Assembly: GCA_040954595.2 (NCBI GenBank)
Contig: CM082595.2
Location: forward strand, 186,001 to 250,000
From: Balanoglossus misakiensis
Taxonomy: Eukaryota > Animalia > Hemichordata
DNA length: 64,000 bases
Direction of reading: 5' to 3'
Every line of letters begins with the position of its first letter. The first letter of the stretch is position 1. This document shows positions 12,872 through 26,800 of the stretch, in pieces. Position numbers and translations under genes: made by a program. The notes beneath the pieces are model-generated. The model saw nothing but the letters and a program-made list of their open reading frames with translations. It was not told the DNA's origin and searched no databases.

Positions 12872-15800
12872 CTATGTCATTGTGTCTGTCTGTCTATGAG
12901 TATGATATCTCCTGCTTGCTTACACTGCTCTGAACTACAGAGCAATTTTCGCTTCTTCAATGGTTGCCATGGAAACGTCCAAAGTTATCAATAATGTCGA
13001 GAATGTAAGCGCTTTCAGTACACAACAGTATGAGTTATTACTTTAAAAGATGGGTCCGTGGCTGCATGTCGGTGTAATGGGTTGAAATATAGAGATTGGC
13101 GAATATCTTCGGCGATATCCTCTGTGGGCGACTTTCCGACGCAGAAGATAACCGATAGCTTTTGGGGACATGAGGGCGCCCTGTCTTAATGGGGATAATG
13201 TCTCCTTCTTATCTCACCTGCTTGCATCATCGTATTTCGGAAACATTAGACGTAGAATTAAAGAATTATCTCGGGGTGTTCTCTCATAACCCCTGGCAGA
13301 ATTTTCACGCATTCCCGTCGTCAGGGGCAGCAGCCCCACCATGGAAGTATCGATGGCTGTTGATATTATCATCATGTACCGTCGTCAAGGCAACCGATCC
13401 CACACTGAGTCAGGGTAAATCAGACGATAAAAAACAGAGACAGCCACATGAGAATTCGGTATCAATAAAACGATAGCACCTCTAATTACCCCTCCCCCCT
13501 CCACCTCCCCCAAGTTTCGGCTCTTGTATTTTTTATTGTCACTGGGTTGGCAGTAGGCAAAATGGCGGAAAGAATTTGAGACAGTGGCGATCAACCAGTC
13601 CAGAGATCAAAAGCTGCCGACTCACGATTTTAATGTGTCTGAGCGTGTCGAGAAATGTAGACCTTATCGGCTGTGGAGGAGGAGGGGGAAATTGTTCAAG
13701 CGTGCCTGGCATGACTAAGGGGTGGTGGGGAATAATAGCAACCATGGCAACGACAAAGAATGTTTCTCCTCTGAGCGAATGGGTCCGACTCGGTATATGT
13801 GTTGCTAATACTGTTTGACCTTGGTGGGCTTTTCAGGAAAAGAATAAAATCATTGAATTGCCCTTCCATAATTAGACCGCTATGACTTATTTAACTACTC
13901 GCAGAGGAAGATCACTCTTTGTCAAAGAGGAAGGCTTTCCGTTGAAGAATACAATGATAATAGAGCAGTTCTAGAATAGTACTCCTAATTTGAAGCATGT
14001 GTATGAATTGTCTTGGTGTGGACTGAGGGACTGATGGGTACGTGTGACAGTCACGACATGCAAAATAACAAAGTTCGAATCGGTAACTAGGGCGATAAGA
14101 AATGTCAGTGTGAACAAAAGGGCGACGCAAGTTTCACTGATGAATCCTAATAGAGGGTCGCTTGGTTTTGATGACGTTAATCTTCAATGACGTCACAATA
14201 GCTGACGAATATTGGGGCGAAAACACGCCAGCATGAAATTGCAGACGATAACTCGGTTTCTAGTTACAGCATCCAAGAAGACATGATACAGAAAGTGTGT
14301 AAGGAAGATTTCTTTTTGAGTTTTGGGATCAATGGCCTTGCATTCTACAAGTGGAGTCCAAACACAAAATCAGGCCTTTTTAATATCAATCACAGAATTC
14401 TTAGTGGTAATTGCCTTTGACAGTCAGATCGCACGGCATTCATTAACATATGCAAATGAAGAAAGTACTTCAAACCATGTAGCCGTTAGAGTGGGCCCCG
14501 CTGAAGGGTCGCGAAATAGGCCATTTTTTTACTCGATATTATAGAGCTGTTTTCAGGCGATGTGGATTATTTTAAGACAAAACCGTGGATTCACTTGAAG
14601 GTAGGTATACTGTATTGTTACTGAATGATTTTTTGGCAACTTCTGTCGAGTAGTTTCTTTGTAATCACGAAATTTCTGACGACTGTGAAAAAACACATAG
14701 CGTTGACATCCTCTCGATTATTTTTAAGCTGACCGTTACACATGGATTTTACCACGAAATTTCAAACTTTTATCAAAATATAGACATCAAACTCCCTCTC
14801 TTTGAGTTTTCATTCACTTCCAAGCTTTGATAGTGACGATATGACCAGTTCAATTTTGTTTACCTTTCAACCTGTGAGCGCCATTTTGTTTACTTTTCAA
14901 CCCGTGAGCGCCACTTCTTCTGCAAAATGGCGGGAGAAGACAGCATGCATGTGTACGTATATACGCTGGCGCAGGCTTGATCCTGGGTTGTACCAGCTGC
15001 GTAGTTTTCCCTCCTCTCTCGTGCGGAGAAATTTTGATTGCTGATATGTAATCCCGAGTTTTACTAAACCCTAACAATTATTTTATGAAGGTTTGCCCGT
15101 CAAGGAAACTCACTTTTTTTAATTTTATTGTTCTTTCAGATTGATGAAGACTGATTTTTGTGGTGGTGGTGTTGCAGTTGACTGTTTTATTTTAGCTGTC
15201 TGAGTTGACAATTTATTCTGTATTTTGTTGTATTTTTAACTCTTTATCCTGTATTTTGTAGTAGTATTTTGAACACTGTTTAATAAATAAATTACTATTA
15301 TTATTATTATTTATCGACCCAATGCAATGATGACAAATCGCTCGCCTTCAGACACAAATGTTGTATTTATTGCATATATCATCGGCGAATAAAGGGAAGT
15401 GGTTTCGAAGTTACACTTGGCATTTTCGAAAAGTCTACTTATATCCCACGATGCGGAGAAAAAAATATATACAAAATACGTCAGCTGAGCTCCTCACGAA
15501 CGGTAAACCTGGCATTCTGTGCATGGGTAATCAAATATTTGTTTGTAGCCCAATGTAGGCGAACGGTGTGGAGCACCCGGGCGCGGCACTCGTGCGATTG
15601 ATCGATGTTGTGTCGAAATCAGGCCAGTAATTAAGTTAAAACTTGGCTGATATGTTACCTTAGAGTGTTATACACTATCCAGTAACTTTTACTTGACAAG
15701 TGTCTTTTAGAAACTTTTCCCCACGATAAACGTGTCGTTTCACGAGCAACGCAACACTTCCGTATTTACAAGCCTAACATGGAGAGGTCAACGTAGGGCC

Positions 15801-18800
15801 TATACTTCCGGGTCATATCGTCGAACTACATCGATTATTTTTAAGCTGACCGTTACACAAGCATTTCGAGTTAATTTCTTTTCACGGATGTTGGGACCGA
15901 TATTAGACCTATCTGTCACGAAAACTTGGTTAACTTCCGAGGTCGTCTTCAAATGATTTTTGGCACGTTTGTGGACGTCTCTTCCGAGGTCACCAACATA
16001 CCACCGAAAACACGCTAAAAACTACTACTATTACCGACAGATTCTCATAAAATTTACGTCTGCAGTGCAAAATAGGAATCACTTTCGAAATTTATCGAGC
16101 TAGCATGGTATTTTATTGTACCACGGAGTGTAAAAATCAAGTTGAAAATCACCTTGAAAACTGGCCTATTGCCGTCTGTTTGAAAATTAACGGTCGCTGG
16201 CTTGACGAACTTTCATATGCAAATGAGCACCGTGCGATCTGACTGTTTGATATCATAATTATCATCACTGCCCTGCTACTTTCTGTTGGGTGTACAGAAT
16301 GGCCCTATAGTCACACAAAAGCACTCAAGAAAAGAAAACATCGTGCGGTGATGTGGATTTTCATGCTGCGCTTGTTTCAACCTAATAAAAACGAGGTCTA
16401 GAAGACAGGCGTGCTCAGCCAATTTGATATGACGATCAAATCTCTTAACGGCGATACCCGGGTAACGATGTTCGGAGGCATCAATCACTATCTTCCATTT
16501 TATCGACAATTTTGTCTTTTGGTCACAACCGAAATAGGTCACATTGCATGTTTTGTTTCCCATCCAAATTTACAGATGTAACCGAATTATTAATTGTAAT
16601 ATTGAAGTTGTCCTACAAAACTGATAAAATTTGCAGTTCTACTTTCTTTTCATCTACGCCATCTGGTTTTATTGCGATGTAACGTTGCGCACGGTCTTTG
16701 CCGAACTACTTTCTTCTCATTTACGCCTCCACATTTACGGGCGGGCAATTTACGCACCAACGTGCGTAACAAGATTTATCGTCTGTATCAAGCTCATCGT
16801 GAACCATGACTCGCTCCCAATGACTGACACAGACGTCCTTTATCTTAAAATCGTGCCCACTAATATATACACACTGACACAACTAGAATGGGACCGGCGA
16901 AAGGATTCAAATTTAGCTGTGAGAAGGTTTCTATATGATACTCATTACGCTATTTCTCGATGATGGACATAGTGATTCCATTAGTGGATTCACACGATAT
17001 TATCTAGCAGAAAAAAGGGTTCCCAAGAAATCGGGATTACTGGAAAACGTGCAGGTAGTCGGAGATAACCTGGGATGCGTCTGAGTAAAGTTACTGTGCC
17101 CAGTTAATGTAATTGAGTGTGTATAGTGTTACGTGACGCGTTTCCGTCTTGTACGTGCGCACGGATATTTTGTCTGTGCAACTGAAAGGCCATGACGTGG
17201 AAATAAACGGTCGTTCCCTTATCTTTTGGTGCCAAACACAACATGCAGTGTGTCGGTCGCTATGTCTAGTTTCCTGTTAATTCACTTTTGCGCCAATTCA
17301 GTTACCTTTCGGGATGATTGGGACTGTGGAGGTCACGCCAGTCGCTAATCATGCAAATTCTCCAACAGCCGCAGTTAATCACCAACATGGATTTAATCTA
17401 CTTCGATAATAATTCTGACTCATGGGAAATACCTATTGAGGTCAGATTTTTACTTAAATGTCTCTTTTCATCCACAAGAACTGACATCAATGTACTTAAT
17501 TTTAAGGCAACATTATGAAAATGGGGTTAGAGAAGAATTAGACATGATTACACGCCAACGGTCACCGCGCAAGGATCACAAAATCGTGAACACAAAATAG
17601 GGACCTTCACTTATTCCTCTTGAAAAGGCAAAGTATACTTTAATTGCTCTAATATCATTTTAAGAAAAACAAATTTAACTTTTTCGAGATGACCGATTAT
17701 TCTAGAACTGTATTGGGCAAATTCTTCACAAATTCATCTTTAATACTTCAGCGATTAACAGTCAATAACAGTGAAATAGCGTATGAATTACAGGCAGCAA
17801 TAGAACTAGGTTTAGGTCTGCTGTAGTACTTATATGTTATCGCTCAAAGGAATAAAAATCTCATTTGATGATCATAGTTCAGTATTAGTTCTGATGGATG
17901 ACGTAGTCTGCGCAGTTATCCCTGAAGAAATGCAGTAATAGCATAGCATATATACGGTTATGAAAAATGATAACCCGGGCATTTGTGACGTATATACTAT
18001 AGGACATCACCATTGCTTAATTACCAGTTATAATGCAATTGGTAATATCGCATTAATTTTAAAATATATTCAAAGCGACTTTCTTACCAAATAACGATAG
18101 AAAGTGGTTACGTAACCGAGATAAGAGTCAACGCTGAATCAGACGTCGTTAAATTATCGTCCCGAGTTTAAGAAGTGCGCCCCTCATAGGACTCAATTCT
18201 TCGGTCGGTGCATGCGCAATGAGGCGTATTAATCGCCGTACACTTTTAACAGCGATTGAAGACAGGGATGAGTGTGGCCGTTTTGATTAATGAGTCAAGA
18301 ATATCAAACGATGGAACTAAAAGTCTTGCTAAAGAAGGTTTATTTATCCCTGAGCTCGTTTTCAATCTTCATTAAAGTCGTCAGCAGAATTTCACCTACA
18401 GCAGATTTATCGACCCGTTGTCGTTTTGCAAGGATCTCATTTGACATTTTAAATTATTTCTTACTACTGCTGTTGGCATGTGAACAGATGCCCGCTTCGT
18501 CTGAAGCATTTGGCACGACATATACGCCCGTCTAGTGCGCCACTGGGACTCTGATTTCAATTGTCGGAGGGGACTTATCGTCTCGGCGGGGAAAATAAAA
18601 CAGATGGTAATTTTCTAATTTAGCTCGTTTCAATTGGCTTCAATTGGACACGTCTTCAGTATTCTTCCATCCGGGATGGATGGCCTATTTCTCAGTCTTC
18701 GCATTAGATCGTGCAAAAAAATCCAAACCGAGTGGTTCGTTTTCAGAATCTCTGAACGTGATTGTGTGACATTTGCTTGCTGACGTACACGCCAATAGGA

Positions 18801-19961
18801 CCTCGAGATTAGAAGAACGTGCGCGAACAATATCGTTATAATTCTTCAACAGATTTTTGTGTTTCTGAAGCAGGCTGACGTATTTTTCTACGTCATTCTA
18901 GAAAGTACATTACACGTCATCTGAAAAGTGGGTTTGAATTTTTTGCTTTCTTGATATGATAAAAATGTTTCATGCAAAAGTTGGGCAGATAATTAAGGAG
19001 AACCACTTACCAGAACCACAGACCACGTGAGGTAGTAAAGTGCAACTATCACTGCCACGGTTTTGGCCATCCGGGTGCATTTGTTCACGTTTGCAGAGTT
19101 CATCATGGCGGTCTGCACGACACTGTTGCTACCCTCCTCGCCGTTGGTCCTCTCTCGCAGACTCCGTAGACTTCGAAGCACAATGGATGTGCTGCTCACC
19201 TGTTTCCCGCTGATGGAGGATATCTTCTGTGGCCGAGATGAGGTCTGCCTCCTTTCGACGAATTTTCGAATTGAGGAAATGAACTCGATGTAGGCGTACA
19301 GGATAATGAGGAACTGAGTGAAGCTGATGACAAGAATCAGTATTGCATAGGAACTGCGGTAGTCGAAAATGCAATATCCGTGTGAAGGGATGATAGTCGA
19401 CCAGCTTGCAATGGGAAAAGCGGACACCACCGCACTGATCGCCCATATCAGAACTGTCAGCCGCTTGGCGCTGTAGATTGTAAACCGAGTGCGGTAGAGA
19501 ATGGGTTTATGGAGCGCCAAGTATCTATCTAAGGTCATCATAGTTATCGTCGTTGTGGCACTCAACCTCAGCCACACGAAGCCAACGGCGAAAGTACTGC
19601 ACAGCCAGGCGGCTAGAGGCGACGACGAGAGGATGTCGTACACGGAGATGGGAACTGTCACCAAGGAGAACAGATAGTCGGACAGCGCCAGAGAGAAGAT
19701 CCAAACATCAGGGACGCTGAGGGACTTGAATCGAAACACGGTGCTCAACGTCAAAAAATTGGCCAGATTTGCCACTATTCCAGCCACGATGAGAACGGTA
19801 ACTGTTAACATGTCAGCGATGACGTCAATGTCCCGGTGAAAGTCATCTGATGGATTTGATGTTACGTTCATTGTTGTAGCACCCACCGACGAGTTTTCCA
19901 ACTCCCTGCAGATCGAAATGTTACTAATACTAGCGTTTTCACCCGCGCCAACACAACCCAT
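8260..19961 (-). CDS. Rhodopsin-like (class A) GPCR, prostanoid-receptor-like, about 760 aa with a ~400-aa C-terminal tail
   Basis: Exons 19961-19011 (TM1-6; N-glycosylation sequons in the N-terminus, LALSD in TM2, LDRY in TM3, donor CTG|gtaagt), 9820-9613 (TM7 IRVLLLNAVLNPIIY and H8) and 9383-8260 (low-complexity tail, joins the 324-aa ORF). Phases 0 and 1 are consistent and the 2283-nt total is divisible by 3. An intron at the end of TM6 and the R-x-x-x-x-N-x-x-L-[N/D]P TM7 pattern resemble prostanoid receptors. A probable 5'UTR acceptor lies near 20178, preceded by a (CT)n tract. Confidence 0.88.
12790..12875. repeat. (TATC)n microsatellite
   Basis: About 16 perfect TATC units at 12807-12870 with degenerate flanks. 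Confidence 0.95.
14370..16295. mobile_element. Degenerate non-autonomous DNA-transposon remnant(s) in the GPCR intron
   Basis: Perfect 17-bp inverted repeat acagtcagatcgcacgg (14420-14436) / ccgtgcgatctgactgt (16230-16246), with further patchy inverted similarity (catatg, aataggcca). There is also an internal 29-bp direct repeat at 14714-14742 and 15831-15859. Confidence 0.5.
14851..14913. repeat. 30-bp tandem duplication
   Basis: caattttgtttacctttcaacctgtgagcg followed by ccattttgtttacttttcaacccgtgagcg. Confidence 0.85.
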
Positions 19962-22900
19962 CTCGGTTTCTTTCAGGAGCTGAAAGCCTCCTTCGAAGAT
20001 TGCCAAATTTTCTTGCTGTGTCCTTGTAATAAAGATGACAGCAGTCGAGCAGGGTGGAAGTTCAACGATCAGCTTTCATAGCAGCTTCACCGCCACAGGT
20101 AGATTGTTCAGGCGTGAAAAGCCGGTTTGTGAAGATGTCGTGTCGGAGCGGCGATGGTTGAGAACAATGATGAGATACTGAAAGAGAGAGAGAGAGAGAG
20201 ATAATCATGTGCTTCGTGAACAACCGTAAACACAATTTGACACATGTGCAGTTCGTGTACATCACAGAATACTGAGACAGCTTATGTACAAACACAGCTT
20301 GTCTTTGGAAAATCTCCGTACGTAATTGCGGCACAGGCGGATCACTAAAGCGCGCCACCACCGTCCAGTCTTCCACACTGATCATTGGTTGTCGGGCAGT
20401 TTGCAAAATTCACTGATGAACGAATAATTACCAACGAACAACCTCTCAAAAATATGTTAAGAGACAATTGACGACATTTTAAATTTTCGCTCTCACGTTT
20501 TCTATACGTATGCCACGTGCACTTTATATGTCAAGTACTAAGCTTTAAGTTTCATGGTGCATGACTTACTACTACTAGACAATTAGACTTGCTTCAATTT
20601 GTTACAGCCCTAACTGCCTACGCAAACTTCTCCTCGGCTGCAGCCTAGTTGACTAGCGGCTGGCGAACAGGCAAACTTACATGTACAATGTATACTCAGT
20701 TTTCGAGCACCTTGTTTCGAGAGTGAGGGTTACTTCCTCTATGCAACACCACGTAGTTTCACGTACCCATCTCACTTTCCTTATCCGTCGAGGGCGCATC
20801 AGTACATACGTCATGAGATTTTTTGAGCTTTATTCTTTATTTTTTCAAAATAGAGGAGATCACTACGTGTTAAATTTGTGATCGAAGCGATTACTTGCCA
20901 ATGACTATCTTTGTCTGTCAATAGCCGACGACCCTTAGACGGACGATGTTACTTGACTTATACTGACAAGGGCCAATACTGACGTCAACAAACCAACTTC
21001 AAGTTGCCTTTTTCTGATTTAAAGTTGAGTGGTTTACTTCTAGTCTTCATGAACATCCGTCCCTTTGCCCTACTTCTCCAACTTCTTATTTTGTTTGTCA
21101 TGGATTTTTGTCTGTACGGGAAACGTCGACAGTTTCAATTACATGCGCACGGGAATAGGCGCAGGTACCATATCACAGATGGGATATTTCCTGCGTGTCT
21201 GCGAGCTGGGAAGAAGCCACGTCAATACCCAGACTGAAGCACCTGTGATTCCTTAATTTGCAATTAAAGTGTCACCTACACATATGCCTGGATGTGTCAA
21301 TGACGTCACGAAAGTTGACGGTACGCCCACAGTATCCATCTCACTTAGCTGTCAAGTGGTACAAGCTATCACGCAGCCAAACACATAGAATTGTAAAACA
21401 GCACGTGTACGACATACCCCGAAGTGATACTATAGTCACGCGGCGAACAAAATTCACGATTTCGTTGTTAATTGGATGTGGATTGTACGTCATCCGTCAC
21501 AACATCTATTCAGTGGGAAAACATGTACACAGGTGTTAATTGGGCTTCTGAACACAAGGGGCTCATATGGCTGATGTTGATGGGTGGGAGTCGCGTGAAA
21601 TCTATGAGTGTGATGTCGATTTTGGCGGTGTCTCTTTATTGAATGTGACATGTACATTTTACAGTAGAAAACTCCTCTGGGGCAGGTTTGCAGGAAAATA
21701 CAAGAGTATGCATTAATTAGAAAAAGCATATCATGCATTGCTTCTTTGAAACTTGTGACTGTCTTTTTTACTCCTGTGTTTACAAAGCCTCATATTGCCC
21801 CAGAGTCACTAAACCACTATGTCTAATGTGCTTTAATGTTAACGAGGGAGACCCATTAAATCATGTATGATAAATGATACTAGTTTAAATGTGAAGGCTG
21901 CATCGTCGCTGAAAAACAAGATTAAAACGTTCAGTCAATGGTATCATAACTTATGATTGATCTCTGCAGATGTAGAAATTGGGTTTTGGGGAGAGTAAGG
22001 CCTAGTCATGAGGAAGGTCTCGACAGAATGGTATTGTCATACCACTGGGGTTCATTTCATAATTTTATCACTAGTCGGAGTGAGAAAAGGGCACTTGCTA
22101 GTCTTTGTAGACCCAGTGTATTGTTAAAGGCCTTTTCATAGAGCTATAGTAACTATAATATTTGCCAAAGCAAACGTCGCTGCGGTGCGCATGCTCCATT
22201 TGGAGGAACGAGATAATATTTTCCACCCACGACTCGGTGGTGTAATCATTATGATTTCCTCGATCTTGCAAAGTTCACCTGATCACCCACTGATTACCGA
22301 ACCCCGCCAAAAGATCCGATTGTTCCCACCAATGCAGTGTCTCTATGGCAACACAAGCGAACGCCAACTCTTTCCAATTCTTTCACTCCATCACAACAGG
22401 TTTTCCACCTTCAGCGACATGACGCAAATCTCAGCTTGTACGTAAATGCCATGGAATATAACTGCGTCGATTTTTGAAACATCAATTTTGCGTAGAGGGT
22501 CGATTACAGAGACTTTTGACATTTCAGTATCGACAAATTGATCAACCTTTGATGTCGCACAGTGACTTTCTCATTCACGATTTCCCTTTGAGATCGTTAT
22601 CGGCACACCACGCCAACGCCTGATTATAAATATAATACTAATATATTACTAGAATTGCAACTACAAAAATTACAAAAATACTTGCCAATGCAATCGGCTC
22701 CTTGAGGAAAAATCAAACCTAATGATCTAGTGTTTCCTTTATATCATTCGATAATGTTTCTCTTCCAGCATCTTTTGTGAAAAGTTCATACAAATGATGT
22801 CGACAATAGAAGATCAGCGTTTTCTCGAAGTATGAGGCTGCGGAATGTGATAACCGAGCTCTGGCCTCTGGGTAAGCCTTAGTCCTCTAACTTAACTTGA

Positions 22901-23885
22901 AAACAAGGCACTTTACCGAATTAGACAAATTAGATTACAGGGTTAGAGCAGGTTTTTTGGACACCTTGTCGTTCTCGTCTAACTCCGAGCACAAAAAAAT
23001 CAATTCGCAGACGACAACACCATTAGTTCTCTTCTGATTGGATTATCTCGAGAAGCGGAAATGACGCATTTCGACGGAACTCACGTCCTGGTCTGGGAAA
23101 AGTTGACCATATGTGTTCTTGAAACAGAAGACAATTGGCAATCAGTGTTCAATCTAATTATAAGTGACGCAGTTTAAGAGTGCTTTTATCTGACAGTTTT
23201 ATCGAATGAAGTGCATTAATTGCGTTTCACATCTCTGCCCGTGGTATCTATTCCCTTTAATTGTTTTACTCTGGAAACTTCTGTTCGGAAGACGCCGATA
23301 AAAGCTGTGTTTTTGGAATTGCGTGTCTCACATAGTTTGTAATGTGATGGGTATTCAGGATACTCTAGGTTTTAAAGCTTATACCGAAATATGAAAATGT
23401 GAAAGTGGTCAATATTCTTTTTGGAATAAAACAACTGGACTTTCAATAATTGGGCTGAAATGGAAAGTTAGGGAATCTTTCATACAATCATAACTGACCA
23501 CTCAGAAAGTCTTACGAAAACACTGCACACAGCTCTGACATTCAAAGTACCCAATGATTGAAGCATGTAACAAAGCCCTCGGTCGAGTAAAATCTAACAA
23601 TGCACATGTATTCTCCGCGACTTGGAGGAATACTCAAGCGCACCAAATTCCTTCTAGAGTACATTTATAAGCGACATTTGTATGATGACCCATGTTGACC
23701 TGCAGATAGAGCTCTGAGCTATGAGCTCAGCTATTGTAAGTTCGCCCTCTAGCGGCTGTCGATTTCATACCGGAAATGGTACAGCAATGCGCAGCAATCT
23801 TGCGCACCACATGGACAACCATAGAAAAGCTGTCCTTACCCACCCTGCACCGAAAAAGTTGTAATAACGATATTTTGAGATCATA

Positions 23886-26800
23886 ATGGCAGATGATGAC
23901 TGGGCCAAGCAAGTAGAAGATCAAGAGCGTGGACAACAAATCGAGAATCAGGTTAGTAGTGCGAGTGCCCGAAATTGACATTGTGCGAACATTTGGCAAC
24001 GGTTCCTAAAATTGACAACCCATGCAGATTGCAGTGTCATTGGACAATATCATCTATGGTTGCAGGGAAAGATTTTGTTCTGTGCTGTTCCAGGGTCCGG
24101 TAGGTTTCTAGATCGAGTTCTGTAAAACAATTGTTTGCTTTCTGTACGGTGGAAGACTTGGGGTATTCTGGTATCATTCGCTATCTTCATGATTTCCTGT
24201 GAGACATGTGTTCAAGCTGAGAATGTGAAGTCATTTCAGTTCTCAGGGAAATGGCAAAGGATTTGAATGACAGAAAACTTGTATACAGCCACGTGACTAA
24301 CTGTGGACATTATTTTGGTCATTCTATAAATTATATTGGAGATATATTCCAACGCTATACCCATGTTCAGGTGCAGGTTGAGTTGAAACAACTGTTTGGT
24401 CATTTGGCATGTTTCAGTGAGCAGAATAACATAATGAACACATCATAAGGTAGGACCTTTGTCCCTTCATCTTCTCAACAGGTGAAGGATCTGAAGATCA
24501 CTGTCGCTAATACCGAATCCAAAGGCTCAGAAGAAGGGGGTGGTGATGCCAAGGCAAGTGGCAGGGACGTGAAAGTGACCACCTCTGTTCCATGGAACGA
24601 GAATGACGGTGGATGGAATGATGCTGAGACTCAGCTGCCACCAACAACAGAAGGAGCGGCCGGTGTTACGCCCAAAGATGAAAAAGAAAAAGCAGAAGAG
24701 CCAGGTAAAAAATTGCAGTGTTTTTTGAACAATTGTCATTGCAGAGATAATGCAAATTAACCACTCTCCTAAACTGTGGATCCATGATTAACACTAAATA
24801 CATGTATTATGCACAAAGACATATGTACATCACACCATGTTTTTGCTGAGGTTGGGGAGCACTTTTTTAAAATAGATACTGCATTGCCTTATCATAATTT
24901 TTCCTCATCTCTATTTCAGAGACTTCATTAGCAGATGCTTCGTTGATGAAGAAGGCATTACGGGACAAACTTGTGAATATCAAACATGAAGTGGAAGTGT
25001 TGAGAAAAGACCCCAACTCGCCTCTCTATTCAGTCAAATCATTTGAAGAATTGCATCTGTAAGTGTATATGTGTGTATCACTGTTGTAACATTACATGCA
25101 TGTTGCCTTTTGCCTTTTAGTGTACAAGACGTGGGATATGTACTTACAGGATGTGTTTGTTTATTTGTTTAAACTTTTTTCAGGCGACCAGAACTTCTTA
25201 AAGGAGTGTATGGATTGGGTTTCAATTCCCCATCTAAGATCCAGGAGACAGCCCTTCCCATGTTACTTGCAGATCCGTAAGTTTATAGAATAATTTCTAC
25301 TAACCAATGTGTTACATAAAAAGGCATCTTATAATGGAAGAGATTTCAGACTTCTGTTCTATATGTTGAATGTTAGCTGAGAATATCAAATGACTCAAAT
25401 TTGTATAGTTATTTGGCTAGAAAGTCCTTTTATAAACATTATTCTAACCATATTTTTCTCTCAGACCAAAGAACATGATTGCCCAATCGCAGAGTGGTAC
25501 CGGAAAAACAGCTGCATTTGTTCTTGCCATGTTGAGTAGAGTAGACACTGACAAACGTCATCCACAGGTGAGTTGTATACAATCAACAAATTATGACAAA
25601 ACTGTGCAAATGAAGAGAAAACATTATTGCTTTGACATAACAACACATTGTTGTGGGATTTACAGGCCATGTGATATCTCTTGATTACAATCTCTTTTCA
25701 GGCTCTCTGCTTAGCACCAACATATGAACTAGCTCTACAGATCGGTGATGTAGTTGAAAAAATGGGTTCACAAATGCCAGATTTGGGAATACGGTATGCT
25801 GTCAAAGGAGAAAAATGTAAGTGTCTTATGTATCTTGTAAGATATATATTGTTCTTTCGCCTGTGTACTTCATCAAATCTGCCATATGACAGTTTCAACA
25901 ATCGTCTTATGCGCATGTGCCACACCAGAGACTCTGGTTACAAAAATTGTATACCGTCAATGCCATAAGGCAGTGTGGTGTCATCCTAACAACAGACAAG
26001 ATGGCGGCGGCCATAGTTAGTCTGTGTCGGAGAACGCCTCTAACTGTAAATTTCCTTGCCCATTTCAGTGAGCAGAGGAACAAGACTCTCAGACCAGATC
26101 ATCATTGGCACACCGGGGACAACACTAGACTGGGCCATCAAGTTTAAATTCTTTGATTTGTCCAAAGTACGCGTGTTTGTCCTTGACGAAGCTGATGTGA
26201 TGATCGCCACTCAGGGCCACCAAGACCAGTCAATGCGAATCAAGGTGTAAGTGCGTTCCTGAGATCTGATTGCAGGAATACAATTACCTCTAATTTACAT
26301 GTGCCTTTTTATGGTCAAAAGGGCGTGTCTATGTTTACAAATGACCATGTTTGGGCACACTTTTTCGCATGGCGACACTTAGGTACAATACTTTGAAGTT
26401 GGAACCAACATACTTTCCTTACAAATGGAATCAAAAACAGGATTATTTTCAATTATGTACTCCGCGACCAACATTTGCTGTGCATTGATGTTTTTGCAGG
26501 AAACTAAACAGAGAGGAATGTCAAATGATGTTGTTCTCAGCCACATATGAAGAGAATGTGATGAGGTTTGCAGAGAAGATTATTCCAGACGCTAGCATCA
26601 TTCGTCTCCGCCGTGAGGAGGAATCGCTGGATAATATTAAACAATTTTTCATCGAGTGCAGAAATCAACATGACAAGTTTGAGGCGCTGTGTAATATTTA
26701 TGGGACAATTTCAATAGGACAGGCCATGATCTTCTGTCATGTGAGTTTGTGTTCTGAACATGTCAATTCCGGTCTTCATTATTCATTAAAGGCCCATGCT

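Noticed and set aside
10538-13750. X-box-like words in the GPCR intron (gttactatggcaac 10538, gttgccatggaaac 12963, accatggcaac 13741)
   Set aside because: Similar words are scattered through the window (also about 22338 and 34310) with no promoter context, so function cannot be supported.
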